A program made the position numbers and the translations under genes. Under the pieces are notes generated by a model that saw only the letters and a program-made list of their open reading frames with translations, was not told the origin of the DNA and ran no database searches. DNA of 64,000 bases from the IMG/VR virus record IMGVR_UViG_3300027801_001565; one strand, written 5' to 3'. Source of the DNA: a virus. Positions within the stretch are counted from its first letter, which is position 1. Each line of letters opens with the position of its first letter. Of the stretch, positions 19,883 through 30,053 are shown piece by piece.

Positions 19883-21296
19883 TTACTGCTCCAATCCTTT
19901 CTGGTATTTCTGTGTCTATACTGTTATACCAATCTAAAAAATATTGTGGAAATACATCTATAGTTCTATCTCGACGCATATCGTATTGTGTATAGAATCG
20001 TTTAAAGTCTCTAATGTTTGCCTTCATATCTGGATCTGCAAAATCATGTCCACGTTCAACTGTTCTAATATAATTAATTAATCTTTCTATATCGCCTTTT
20101 TCCATCGCGTTAAGAAACCTGTCATCTTTATTTATTAGATACCAATCTTCAATTTCTTGGGCTAGTCTGTGTCGTATGTCCATCGGCAATACCATCATTG
20201 ATTGACAAGCAGGGAAACGTAAAAAGTTAATACTAATACCTATGCTCTTGTTTGGATACTGGTGTTTCCATGTAATAACTTGTGTTAGAAACTTTGTTAT
20301 ATTAAATAAACATAAAGCATTAATAGTCATCATTACTACTGTTCGTTTAATATTAGATTCGGTGAAAACTCGTTCCATGTTTTCTTTCCAGTAATCATAT
20401 TTAAGTCCCCATCTAATATACTCTGCTTCTTTACCTACTGTCTCATTACTAGAGAATAAAGTAAGGTTAGGCATTCCGTGTGACTCTTCAATTAGTCTAT
20501 TAATTAATGCTGGCTTAGCACCTAGGTTGGAGTTTAGTCCTACTTCAAATGTGTGGCCTTCTTCTTTAACTTTAGCAAACAACTTCCAAACATCATTAGA
20601 CATCAATGGTTCGCCACCTGTAATCCTTAGTGTTCGTAATCCTTTACTGAGCTCCGGCCACCATTCCCACCACGCTTTGGTGTATGGGTTATCTTCTTCA
20701 GGAAGTCTTTCGTATGGATTGTTTTCATCTCCATCTATCATAAAGACTTTACCTCCATGAGTTTCCATGTCGTAACCGCCGTTTTTACGAATGTCCTTAC
20801 GCCACTCTGTACTGAAGTCTGCGTTACAGTAAGTACAAGCAAAGTTACATGTTCTAGAAAACGATACTTCTATTGTAGGTGGTACCACTCTTTCTGTATG
20901 AGGAGCATCGTACCACTTTGACATTTCCTCTTCTGAAAATTGTAAAGACTTATAAATTCTATCTGAGACATAATCCTTACCCATGTCTTCTACTTTCCAG
21001 CAGTACTGACATTCTCTAGGACGTTTACCGACTTGCATCTCAAGACGGCGCTCCATTTTTTCTCTTGTATTGTGTAACATAGACGGATCTTTTGCAATGT
21101 CGTCTATATTAATATCATGTGGTGAGGGGTGATGGCAACTAGTTGTTTTACCACTATGTAACCATATAGTACTGTTGCCCCACTTAGCCCCGCAGAAAGA
21201 TTCGCTCTTACTGTTTAGCGTATCGTCTCTATACTTAATTAAGTTAGACGGCTCGCCTATAGTTAATTGTGGTTTATCCGCCATAGTAATTATCAT
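19875..21296 (-). CDS. Radical SAM protein with N-terminal twitch-like domain
   Basis: CGAKW...SCHH...CQYCW; CNFACTYC; TGGEPL. Confidence 0.92.
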   Translation of the reverse strand: MIITMADKPQLTIGEPSNLIKYRDDTLNSKSESFCGAKWGNSTIWLHSGKTTSCHHPSPHDINIDDIAKDPSMLHNTREKMERRLEMQVGKRPRECQYCWKVEDMGKDYVSDRIYKSLQFSEEEMSKWYDAPHTERVVPPTIEVSFSRTCNFACTYCNADFSTEWRKDIRKNGGYDMETHGGKVFMIDGDENNPYERLPEEDNPYTKAWWEWWPELSKGLRTLRITGGEPLMSNDVWKLFAKVKEEGHTFEVGLNSNLGAKPALINRLIEESHGMPNLTLFSSNETVGKEAEYIRWGLKYDYWKENMERVFTESNIKRTVVMMTINALCLFNITKFLTQVITWKHQYPNKSIGISINFLRFPACQSMMVLPMDIRHRLAQEIEDWYLINKDDRFLNAMEKGDIERLINYIRTVERGHDFADPDMKANIRDFKRFYTQYDMRRDRTIDVFPQYFLDWYNSIDTEIPERIGAVNV

Positions 21297-22758
21297 CCAT
21301 TAAATATGCTAGCTCAGGGAAAGTGTTACAGAAATCATTTCCACGTCTTTCGTCTAGTTGTTTTAAATATAACCTCATGTCATCATATACGACTTTTGGT
21401 TGTTTGTCGGTTTGCATAAACTCTACAAGCCTTTCCATTTGATCCACTTCCTCTAAATAAAAACATTCCTCGTCTTTACGTTCGTCTGTTATTTTGTTGG
21501 CGTGCATAAAGTCTAACCACAACTCACCATAATATTTTTTATCCTTTTCATTAATTAATGATAACATTAAAGTTCGAGGCCACCGCAAATAATTTAAATG
21601 TGTTCGTACTCTGAATACATGCTTTTGTGGTTGGTATATAGAACCTTTTGTGCCACGCATGTCTTTTATCTCTTGTAAGAACTCTATCATGCTAGGTGCA
21701 CTAGTTAAATTAATTGTAGTCATAAAATGTATTCTTGTAGACTCGGGGGTTTCATCTAGTATCTTATAACAGTTATCTATAAACTCTCGATACACCATAC
21801 CTTCTCTTGTGTACTCTGCATGTTTACCTGTGTTTTCAAATGAGGTGTATATGTCAAAGTACTTAATGTTACCTTGCATCTCATTTATGTTTTTAATAAG
21901 TCTGTCAGCCATTTTATCGGGAACATTGTTGTTTGTATTAACTGCGAGAATAAGATTGGGATTTGGATTCTCTTTAATATAATCAAATACCTTCCACGTG
22001 TCTTTACTAAGTAAAGGCTCACCACCTGTTATTCTAAATGTTTCTAATTTAGGATACAACTCGGGCCACCATTTCCAAAAAGCCTCTTTGTATGGGTTGT
22101 AGTCTTTTCGGTGTATAGGTAACTTGCCTTCTTTCCTCAACCAATCTAAATTATTTAAATTAAACTCTGTTTGCTTCATGTCTCCGTGCTGACGTATCTC
22201 GTCTTCCCATCTTGAGCTAGCTTCGGGGCTACAGTAAATACATTTGAAGTTACATGTGCTATCAAAAGCAACTTCTACATATGTTGGATCAAAGTTTTCT
22301 CCTTGCCCAGATTCTACAATTTTATCTATGTGAGGTAGCGACCAAGAGTAAGACGACTTGTAAACTCTATCACTTATGTGTTCTGGATTTTGGTTTTCCA
22401 CTCTCCAGCAGTAATCACACTCTTTAGTCTGTATGCCTTGTAGCATTTCTTCTCTAGCAAGCATCTTGTGTTTTGTATTGTGTATTCCCCTTGGGTTGTC
22501 CTTAATATCTGATAACTGTATTTTATGGCGTGAGGGGTGGTGACAGGAATGTGTTTCGCCACTGTATAATAGTATTGTAGACTGTGTCCATTTAGCAGCA
22601 CAAAATGAAGGGCTAACCTCATCTAAGTTTTTTCTAGAATCTTTTAAAAATTCAAAATAAGCATTGGGATCGTGTACATCTAAATTGTGTTGTGCGTGTG
22701 GACTGTCTTTCTCTTCACGGGTCTCGGTAATATTTGTAGTTTCTATAATCTCTGTCAT
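21274..22758 (-). CDS. Radical SAM protein with N-terminal twitch-like domain (paralog of the adjacent gene)
   Basis: CAAKW...SCHH...CDYCW; CNFKCIYC; TGGEPL; WWPEL shared with 19875-21296. Confidence 0.92.
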   Translation of the reverse strand: MTEIIETTNITETREEKDSPHAQHNLDVHDPNAYFEFLKDSRKNLDEVSPSFCAAKWTQSTILLYSGETHSCHHPSRHKIQLSDIKDNPRGIHNTKHKMLAREEMLQGIQTKECDYCWRVENQNPEHISDRVYKSSYSWSLPHIDKIVESGQGENFDPTYVEVAFDSTCNFKCIYCSPEASSRWEDEIRQHGDMKQTEFNLNNLDWLRKEGKLPIHRKDYNPYKEAFWKWWPELYPKLETFRITGGEPLLSKDTWKVFDYIKENPNPNLILAVNTNNNVPDKMADRLIKNINEMQGNIKYFDIYTSFENTGKHAEYTREGMVYREFIDNCYKILDETPESTRIHFMTTINLTSAPSMIEFLQEIKDMRGTKGSIYQPQKHVFRVRTHLNYLRWPRTLMLSLINEKDKKYYGELWLDFMHANKITDERKDEECFYLEEVDQMERLVEFMQTDKQPKVVYDDMRLYLKQLDERRGNDFCNTFPELAYLMDDNYYGG

Positions 22759-23354
22759 TTCTTACCCATCACAGTATACCTTGTATAGACAGTTGGTTCA
22801 TTATCTATATGATTCCAAGGGCCTTCATAATTATCTTGACTTTTTTCTTTAACCATTCGCATCTTGTTCATTTTCAAAAACTCTGTTAAATCCTTTGCCG
22901 GCCTAATATGATCTGGCTCATTAAAATCATTGTTGCCCTGAAGAATTACTGTAGTCCCTAAGGGTATATTGTCATACCAAGCGTCATACTCATCTTGGCT
23001 TATGTGTTCTGTAATAGTATTTATAACTAGTCCAGGGTGATCGTAAGCTCCATGGTATTTGAAATCTACCAAACTACCTTGCCAGGTGTCATGTTCTTCA
23101 GCACACCAATTTAAATATTTTGATTCTAAATCAACACACATTACATTTCTAACTTTAATCATATCTGCTAAAACACCATACCACGATCCAAAGATTACAG
23201 CATGTGTAACAAAAGGAAATACTGCCGAGCTCATCATGTTTGCTATCTTTGACTTGGCTGATATCTGACTAGGCCAAAATGCTTGTATGCCATCAGGATA
23301 TTCTCGTACTAGTTGCATCCACCGTGTTAGTTCTTTCTCTCTAAACTCCATCAC
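22755..23354 (-). CDS. Class I SAM-dependent methyltransferase-like protein
   Basis: IFGSWYG motif I, VDL, VINTITEH, LQGN. Confidence 0.65.
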   Translation of the reverse strand: MMEFREKELTRWMQLVREYPDGIQAFWPSQISAKSKIANMMSSAVFPFVTHAVIFGSWYGVLADMIKVRNVMCVDLESKYLNWCAEEHDTWQGSLVDFKYHGAYDHPGLVINTITEHISQDEYDAWYDNIPLGTTVILQGNNDFNEPDHIRPAKDLTEFLKMNKMRMVKEKSQDNYEGPWNHIDNEPTVYTRYTVMGKK

Positions 23355-23926
23355 TTAAAACTCACTACGTTAGATTTAGGGTTCCAATGAAAATTATCTT
23401 CAAGGGTTATTTGATATATGTTTTGGTAATAGTCAGCTGTCAAGTCAACTTGAAACAAATATTCTTTATTCCATTCTAATCGTTTCCAAGACTCTAACTC
23501 GTAAGGATTTTTTTCTGCACCCTTGAACAACGACATTTTTCGTTTCTGATAAATTGCGTTCATTGCTCTTGCATCAACAGAGTGTGTTATATAAAGCACT
23601 TTGTATTTGTCTTTGCTGTAGTTGTAACAAGCATCAAACAACTGGAAGCCTATTTGTTTAGCTCTGTATTTTTTAAGTACATGTAAACGGCAAGCTCGAG
23701 CAGCTATATCAGGATCGCTGGTGTATTCGCTTGGTTCACATGAAATCATACCTGCTGGCTTATCGTCCCAGAATGCTACGAATGTTTCGCCCGGGGAATC
23801 GTATGGGTGGTACTTGTTTGTAAATGCTTCACCGTTACCTTCTTCATAGGCTTGGTTTATTATAATGTCAATGGAACCTAGTAGTCCAGTAGACTTTAGT
23901 TCTGCCCTGCTTTTAATCTTATACAT
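23351..23926 (-). CDS. GNAT-family acetyltransferase-like protein
   Basis: RLHVLKKYRAKQIG acetyl-CoA-binding motif A. Confidence 0.6.
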   Translation of the reverse strand: MYKIKSRAELKSTGLLGSIDIIINQAYEEGNGEAFTNKYHPYDSPGETFVAFWDDKPAGMISCEPSEYTSDPDIAARACRLHVLKKYRAKQIGFQLFDACYNYSKDKYKVLYITHSVDARAMNAIYQKRKMSLFKGAEKNPYELESWKRLEWNKEYLFQVDLTADYYQNIYQITLEDNFHWNPKSNVVSFK

Positions 23927-24576
23927 TCAAAATCTCTCTGTCCTGCTATTGAGCCCATAAGGTAATAACGTGTGTTGTCGCCATTATGGTACACTGCATG
24001 TTTATATCCAATGTTTAGATGATACACTCTTTTCTCCTTCATTTCAACCTTTATATGTTCTCCATTTACCCAAAAGTGATTTTCAACGCCCTTGTTGCCG
24101 GATAATGGTATAATAAAACGCATAGCATATGTAGTGTTATAATCTATATGAGGTGGAACTTCGCCACCCGGATACATTTTAGAGAAACGAACTCTTATAA
24201 GTTTGTCTTGAAACTTCTCGTTTAGATGTTTTTGTAATTCTGAACCTTCGTAGAAATCAACGGGTTGATCCCAGTTATGCTCGTCCATTGAGAACGGAAT
24301 GTTTCTTCTTAGTTTATCTTTTGTAGAGTACTCTTCTGCGGATTCTAACTCTTCTTCTTTTCTACATTCAGTTAGATGGAAGTGTTCTACATGTTTATAG
24401 GTGTCGTTGGCAATGTTATTACTTGCAACTGCTAAACCTTTGTGTGCAGTAATATTATCTTGCCACTTGTCTTGGTTTGCTTGTAAGAACTTATCAATAA
24501 TATCATAATCTAATTCTATTGGTAACTCAGATATGGCTGGGTAGTTTCGTTTGTTATACTTTAGCATTTCTGTCAA
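23896..24576 (-). CDS. Aspartyl/asparaginyl beta-hydroxylase-like 2OG-Fe(II) oxygenase
   Basis: RFSKMYPGGEVPPHIDY..RFIIPL...LNIGYKHAVYH.G...R. Confidence 0.8.
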   Translation of the reverse strand: MTEMLKYNKRNYPAISELPIELDYDIIDKFLQANQDKWQDNITAHKGLAVASNNIANDTYKHVEHFHLTECRKEEELESAEEYSTKDKLRRNIPFSMDEHNWDQPVDFYEGSELQKHLNEKFQDKLIRVRFSKMYPGGEVPPHIDYNTTYAMRFIIPLSGNKGVENHFWVNGEHIKVEMKEKRVYHLNIGYKHAVYHNGDNTRYYLMGSIAGQRDFECIRLKAGQN

Positions 24577-25297
24577 TCATCCTAATAAGTTGGCCTCCCA
24601 TATCCAACGGATGCCAAAGTATTTTTCTGTTACCTTGTTCGTGGTGGATATCGTGGAAGCCTTCACCTAATGTAATAAGTCCAACCCAGGTATCACTATG
24701 AGGTTGTTTTCCTCTATGTGAGAAAGTAAATACTAATGAGCCAATAAGTTTAGCAAAGCCTGATGGTATTAACCAAGCATATAGTAATGCCATTGGATCT
24801 ATAACTGCTAGTACTCCTGCGTATGCTACTATAACATGCCAATAATATTTAACTTGTAATCTGTGTAACGGTTTCTTTAATAGATCACGTGCGTATTTAA
24901 AATTGATTGTAATAAGTACTTGTCCAAAGTACGCTAACAACCAGCCTCTATAATGAGGACTATGTGGATCTTTATCTGTGTCCACGAATTTATGATGTTC
25001 CCTGTGGTTAGCAGCCCATGTAATTGCTGGTCCTATCATCATTATATGACAGAAGAATAATAGAACATACTCTAGTGGTTTAGGACAGTTCCATGAGTTG
25101 TGAGAGTATAATCTGTGATATCCCATTGTAACGCTAAGCATTATACATATGTATGTTGTAAAAGCAATTGATGCTGTGGCTGTTGTCCATGGAAACATGA
25201 ACAGGGAGCATATGGCGGTTACTTGTGCTATAGTCTGTCCTACTAGTAGTGATAACGGAGCCCAGGATTTGTTTTGTTTAAAAGTTGTTGACGCCAC
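24554..25297 (-). CDS. Membrane fatty-acid desaturase (delta9-like)
   Basis: GYHRLYSH, HREHHKFVDTDKDPHSP, GEGFHDIHH. Confidence 0.9.
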   Translation of the reverse strand: MASTTFKQNKSWAPLSLLVGQTIAQVTAICSLFMFPWTTATASIAFTTYICIMLSVTMGYHRLYSHNSWNCPKPLEYVLLFFCHIMMIGPAITWAANHREHHKFVDTDKDPHSPHYRGWLLAYFGQVLITINFKYARDLLKKPLHRLQVKYYWHVIVAYAGVLAVIDPMALLYAWLIPSGFAKLIGSLVFTFSHRGKQPHSDTWVGLITLGEGFHDIHHEQGNRKILWHPLDMGGQLIRMIDRNAKV

Positions 25298-25605
25298 TAC
25301 TGATCCTTTCTAAAAGATTTAAATTTACGAACTGTTCCATAATAAAATAACATCTTATACCATGGAGTACCTTTATTCATACGAGGTACCGTATACTCCC
25401 ACGCCTGGCTCTGATTGTCTATCCATATAACATGATGCCCAAACCAACGTTTAGAGTTATACCACTTAGCACGGCCGCCTTCGGTGAGTAATCTCTCGAG
25501 TGTCCAGAAGTAGCAATTGTTTTTGTTGGTAAGCAGCCGGACAGGCCATGTCCAAAAAAATACTGCCATTAAGGATATTGTGAACGCTACTCTAAGTGTT
25601 TTCAT
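25297..25605 (-). CDS. Hypothetical membrane-anchored protein
   Basis: Likely start MKTLRV, 5 nt after a CATAAATA late-promoter variant. Confidence 0.6.
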   Translation of the reverse strand: MKTLRVAFTISLMAVFFWTWPVRLLTNKNNCYFWTLERLLTEGGRAKWYNSKRWFGHHVIWIDNQSQAWEYTVPRMNKGTPWYKMLFYYGTVRKFKSFRKDQ

Positions 25606-25714
25606 ATATGTATTTATGCATCTAATAGAGTATGCCTTAATATCCATTACACAGTAATTTATAATACCTAGTCACGAATTAGATAATTAATGGTCCCCTA
25701 TATGTGCCAATTGT

Positions 25715-25722
25715 TATAAATA
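25715..25722 (+). promoter_or_regulatory. T4-type late promoter TATAAATA
   Basis: Exact consensus heading the plus-strand three-gene unit. Confidence 0.75.
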
Positions 25723-25796
25723 TAGCGACAACCACTTTTAATTTACATTATTCTTATATAATCCAGTCGTGACGTGACTAACCTAGGAAAAGAATA

Positions 25797-27179
25797 ATGC
25801 ACAAACTCAAATCAATTATTGCTTGGACAGTCTTCGCGGGGTATTTAGCAATAGCTCTAGTACCGGCCGACGCTTACGCACAGAGCACAGGTACTTGTAC
25901 CGCTGGTACTCAATATTGTGAGACTGTAGATAATACAACCACAACAACGACTACCACCACTGGTACCAACACCAACAATAATACGAACAACAATACCAAC
26001 AATAACACATCAGCTAATACGAATACTAACACTTCGACGAATACGAATACAAATAATAACACATCGGCTAACACAAACACCAATACCAATACTAGCACGA
26101 ACACCAATACCAACAACAATACATCTGCTAATACTAATACAAATAATAATACATCAGCTAATACGAATACCAACACTTCAACAAATACAAACAACAATAC
26201 ATCAAACAATACCAATAATAATACCAACACCAATAACAACACAAACAATAATACTAGCACATCAACTAGTAACAACACCAACAATAATACGAACAACAAC
26301 ACTAGCACCAGTACTAATAACAACACAAATAACTCTACTTCAAACAATACGAACAATAATAATTCAACTGTTAACAGTACTGCTAATAATACGAACAACA
26401 ATAATTCAACAGTAGATCAAACTGTAAATAGCACGTCAAATAATACGAATAACAATAACAACAATACAAAATCTGACAATAACAACACGAACAACAATAA
26501 CAACACCAGCACAAGTGATAGTAAGGTGGAGACTAATAACAAAAACGAAAATACCAACACCAATAACAACACGAACAAGAATATAAACGAAACAACTCAG
26601 AACATTAAACAAGAAATTAAGAGCCCTCCAGCTAGTGCAATTGCACCAAGTATTGGGGCGTCGTATTCTCAGGACCTATGTACAACTGGTGTAAGTGGAG
26701 CTTTCCAAGGACAAATATTTGGTTTAGCTGGAGGTATGTCAATTAACGATTTAAACTGTGAAAGAATTAAACTTTCTAAAACAGTATATGATATGGGCAT
26801 GAAGGTAGCAGCGGTTTCCTTAATGTGCCAAGATGAGAGAGTATTTAAGGCAATGGAAATGGCAGGAACACCTTGTCCTTACCAAGGAGCTATAGGTCAA
26901 GAGGCAGCAGCACAATGGGTTGCTAATCCTACAGAAAGGCCTGACTACTCAGAATACCAAGCAAAGTTAGACAGAATAGAAGAGGAAAAACAGGAAGCTA
27001 TACTTCAGGAAATAAAACTTCAGAAAAGTTTGAAGTCTGATTGGATAAGAGCTTGTAAGAAGACATTACATACTTCCGGCAAATCATCTAGAACCGGCCG
27101 TAATTTAAAAGGCATTAAAAAATCTGGGAGCACTTGTAAAAGAGAATGGAAACTTTTAGAGACTTCATCTACAAACTAG
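25797..27179 (+). CDS. Secreted protein with a long Asn/Thr repeat and Cys-containing C-terminal domain
   Basis: Signal peptide ending AYA; about 220 aa of N/T/S low complexity; PPASAIAPS...DLC...CERIKLSK...MCQD...GTPCP domain. Confidence 0.85.
   Translation: MHKLKSIIAWTVFAGYLAIALVPADAYAQSTGTCTAGTQYCETVDNTTTTTTTTTGTNTNNNTNNNTNNNTSANTNTNTSTNTNTNNNTSANTNTNTNTSTNTNTNNNTSANTNTNNNTSANTNTNTSTNTNNNTSNNTNNNTNTNNNTNNNTSTSTSNNTNNNTNNNTSTSTNNNTNNSTSNNTNNNNSTVNSTANNTNNNNSTVDQTVNSTSNNTNNNNNNTKSDNNNTNNNNNTSTSDSKVETNNKNENTNTNNNTNKNINETTQNIKQEIKSPPASAIAPSIGASYSQDLCTTGVSGAFQGQIFGLAGGMSINDLNCERIKLSKTVYDMGMKVAAVSLMCQDERVFKAMEMAGTPCPYQGAIGQEAAAQWVANPTERPDYSEYQAKLDRIEEEKQEAILQEIKLQKSLKSDWIRACKKTLHTSGKSSRTGRNLKGIKKSGSTCKREWKLLETSSTN
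25930..26600 (+). repeat. Coding low-complexity repeat (NTNTNNNTSA-type units)
   Basis: Imperfect peptide repeats with diversified AAT/AAC/ACN codons. Confidence 0.9.
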
Positions 27180-30049
27180 CAATTGTAGCGTATCTTTGTA
27201 TTGCCTTTATTGGTACTGCTAATGGAGACTCTACATATGATGGTACTGACGGAAGCTGGTCTATGCTCGACGGCTCAGAAAGTGGCGGTCCAGGACTAGG
27301 TAACATACCTCTATTCAACATTTACAATTCAGGCACAAACTGTAACGGATCTGATGATGGTAGATGTAATGAAACACTTTGGGGATTTAACTTTAGCAGA
27401 TGGGGAGAAACATTCGACGGTGGTAGACAAAATACTAATGGGTGTCTTAACTTAATTAATGCAGCCGGTGGATCGCCTTCAGACCAATGTAATGATTACA
27501 CACCCCAAGCACTTCCTTACAGAGACTACACAATATATCCTTTTTGGACAGACCTTATTCGAGGTACTGGAGTTTTACCAAGCGGCGTGAGGGAGACCTC
27601 TAAAATGGCCTATCAAAACTTTGGAGACTATGTTGTATATGGTTGGTACTTTATGAGAGAGTACAACAGAAATTCAAGTAACAGTTTCGAGCTTATAATC
27701 CGTAATGACAATACCTATGGTATGTTGTATGGAGAATTAGATATTCAAAATCATGATGTGTTAATCGGAGCGCAGGGTAAAGGTGCTGACGGAGAAAACG
27801 AAACATTCTTGTATTATGATGACAACACAGGCGGACATACAACTTTTGATAGTTTTGATAATGCTAATGGAAACATAGAAGGAGCAACCTCAAATTCTTC
27901 CGGGCCTGGTTGGACATCAGGTAAAGTTGTATACTCAGATACACATGATAATCAATGTGATAACGATCCTTTATCTTCAGCAGACTGTCCAGGCTACGAT
28001 GACGCATACGCGGCTCAACAATTATTTTTAGAATGTTCTAACGATGCATTGTATTCCTCACAATGTGGAGATTACGAAGAAGCATATACTGACTCAGAGT
28101 GTGATAGAGATCCCTTGTTTAGTTCTACATGTCCAGGCTATTATGCAGAACTCCAGCGTATAGAAGACGAACAAGGAACAATGTGGGACGACTTGAACAG
28201 CATGCAAGGCGATGAATATGGCTATTCCGATGAAGACAGAGAAAACCAACAAGGATATACAGACGGAAATGATTGTGGTGCATGTGGATACGATCCTAGA
28301 GATGACGACTCTATTTCATATGAAAATTTAAATGGCGAACAGCAGATGCTAGTAGATTCAGGTATGAGCTTACAAGACGCAGTCCTTATAACAATGGGAC
28401 AAGATGATTTAATTCGTTTAGGCTTAGATCCTGATATGCAATGGAACGGCACAAACCAAATGGGCAGTCATATAGAAGATGAATATACAGATTTAGCGGA
28501 TATGATGATAGCCGGAGAATTAGACGAAACTTGGGAAGAAGTAGAACACGAACAAAACATAGAACACTTTGGAGATGGCTATGAAGACTTTACCATGGAA
28601 GACTGGTATGAAGTAGACGTTCGAGAGTTTGGACAAGAACAAGTAGATGAATGGATGGGTTCAGACATAGAGTTTGACGACACAGGAACAATAGTATGGG
28701 AATCATATGATTATGCTCTAGATGCTAATATGGCAGAGGACTTATTATATGAAAGTCACATAAGCAATGAGGAATTAGAATACTTAATAGCAATGCCTGG
28801 CGATACACGAGATTGTCCTACATGTGAACACGAAGAATTCCTAGAAGAGTTTGAAGAAGAAAGATTTGAAGAAGAATTTCTAGAAGACTATGAACGAGAA
28901 GCATTAGAGGAACAAGAAGAAGAAATATACGAAGAGTTCATTGAGGAAATTGGAGAAGAAAGACTAGAGGATCTAATCGACGATGAAGCGTTCGAAGAAT
29001 TAATTAGTGAAGAAGAACTAGACGAGTTAACAGAGCCAGAGATGGAAGAAGAGTTTTTTCAAGAAGAGCGTGAACAAGTTGAAGTTAGAGAAGAAGAACA
29101 AAGAGAAGAAGCTAGAGAAGAACAAATAGAAAGAGACGCACCAGCAAGAGATACAAGAAGTCGTAGAGAAAGAAGTGGCGGTGGTAGTAGAAAGGTATCA
29201 GGAAGTCCTATGTCATTAAGTATAGCTGTTAACAAAGCAGACTTTGGTGGTGATAGTAGTACAGCAAGTGTCGTACAAGAAATTATCCAAGACAGTGGTT
29301 CAGCAGGTAGTACAGGCGGAGATTCATCTAACGGTGGACAACAAATGCAATCATCAGATGGTAGCAGTAGTAATTCAGGTGGTTATATAGCACAAGAGAG
29401 TACAACAGGTGACTCTACTATACAACAACAACAAGAACAATCAATGGGGCAGTCCTCAGTACAAGCAGTTACAACAATAGACTCTGGTGTTAGTACATCA
29501 GCGTTTGAAGTAGCACAAGAACAAACACAAACGGGTGGTGAACAATCTCAAGACTTTATACAAAGTTTTGATGACGGACAAGGTATATCCGGTAGTGATC
29601 AGGACTTTGGTACCGGCTTAAACGATGCGATTGCATCTGGGACAGGTATTTCAGACTTCTTAAGCCAAAGTACTCCAGACTATGGGAGGTTCGACATAGC
29701 GCCCCCAACAAACCAAGAACAGCGAGTAGAAGGAGCAGTTGAGTCTTTAGCAGATCAACTAGGCTCCGAAGTTGCCTCAGCTAACCTAGCGGAACAGTTA
29801 GAAGCAGTACAGTCGGGAGATGAAGGTGAATATGGAGATCAAACTATTGCAGTTGCTTACTTAGGCTACACCGCTGGGTTTAGTCAATACACAGGCATGA
29901 CACAGATAGAAGACGCACCAGGATATGGCGCCCAGTCTCAAATACCGGACAAAAAACTAAATGATAATAAAATGGGATTTTATATGATGGCAGGTAACAC
30001 GCAAAACAAGTTGCAGAAAATGATTAACGCACAATACACAAAGGAGTAA
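27146..30049 (+). CDS. Large acidic exported protein (NIDO-like N-terminal domain, Cys repeats, Glu-rich region)
   Basis: Signal peptide; YPFWTDL and NSFELI motifs; three C..D(P/A)L.S..C..Y repeats; very E/D-rich middle. Confidence 0.75.
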   Translation: METFRDFIYKLAIVAYLCIAFIGTANGDSTYDGTDGSWSMLDGSESGGPGLGNIPLFNIYNSGTNCNGSDDGRCNETLWGFNFSRWGETFDGGRQNTNGCLNLINAAGGSPSDQCNDYTPQALPYRDYTIYPFWTDLIRGTGVLPSGVRETSKMAYQNFGDYVVYGWYFMREYNRNSSNSFELIIRNDNTYGMLYGELDIQNHDVLIGAQGKGADGENETFLYYDDNTGGHTTFDSFDNANGNIEGATSNSSGPGWTSGKVVYSDTHDNQCDNDPLSSADCPGYDDAYAAQQLFLECSNDALYSSQCGDYEEAYTDSECDRDPLFSSTCPGYYAELQRIEDEQGTMWDDLNSMQGDEYGYSDEDRENQQGYTDGNDCGACGYDPRDDDSISYENLNGEQQMLVDSGMSLQDAVLITMGQDDLIRLGLDPDMQWNGTNQMGSHIEDEYTDLADMMIAGELDETWEEVEHEQNIEHFGDGYEDFTMEDWYEVDVREFGQEQVDEWMGSDIEFDDTGTIVWESYDYALDANMAEDLLYESHISNEELEYLIAMPGDTRDCPTCEHEEFLEEFEEERFEEEFLEDYEREALEEQEEEIYEEFIEEIGEERLEDLIDDEAFEELISEEELDELTEPEMEEEFFQEEREQVEVREEEQREEAREEQIERDAPARDTRSRRERSGGGSRKVSGSPMSLSIAVNKADFGGDSSTASVVQEIIQDSGSAGSTGGDSSNGGQQMQSSDGSSSNSGGYIAQESTTGDSTIQQQQEQSMGQSSVQAVTTIDSGVSTSAFEVAQEQTQTGGEQSQDFIQSFDDGQGISGSDQDFGTGLNDAIASGTGISDFLSQSTPDYGRFDIAPPTNQEQRVEGAVESLADQLGSEVASANLAEQLEAVQSGDEGEYGDQTIAVAYLGYTAGFSQYTGMTQIEDAPGYGAQSQIPDKKLNDNKMGFYMMAGNTQNKLQKMINAQYTKE

Positions 30050-30053
30050 TAAC

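Noticed and set aside
25910-26401. 163-aa Leu/Val-rich minus-strand ORF resembling a membrane protein
   Set aside because: It is the antisense shadow of the Asn/Thr repeat, with no RBS or independent signal
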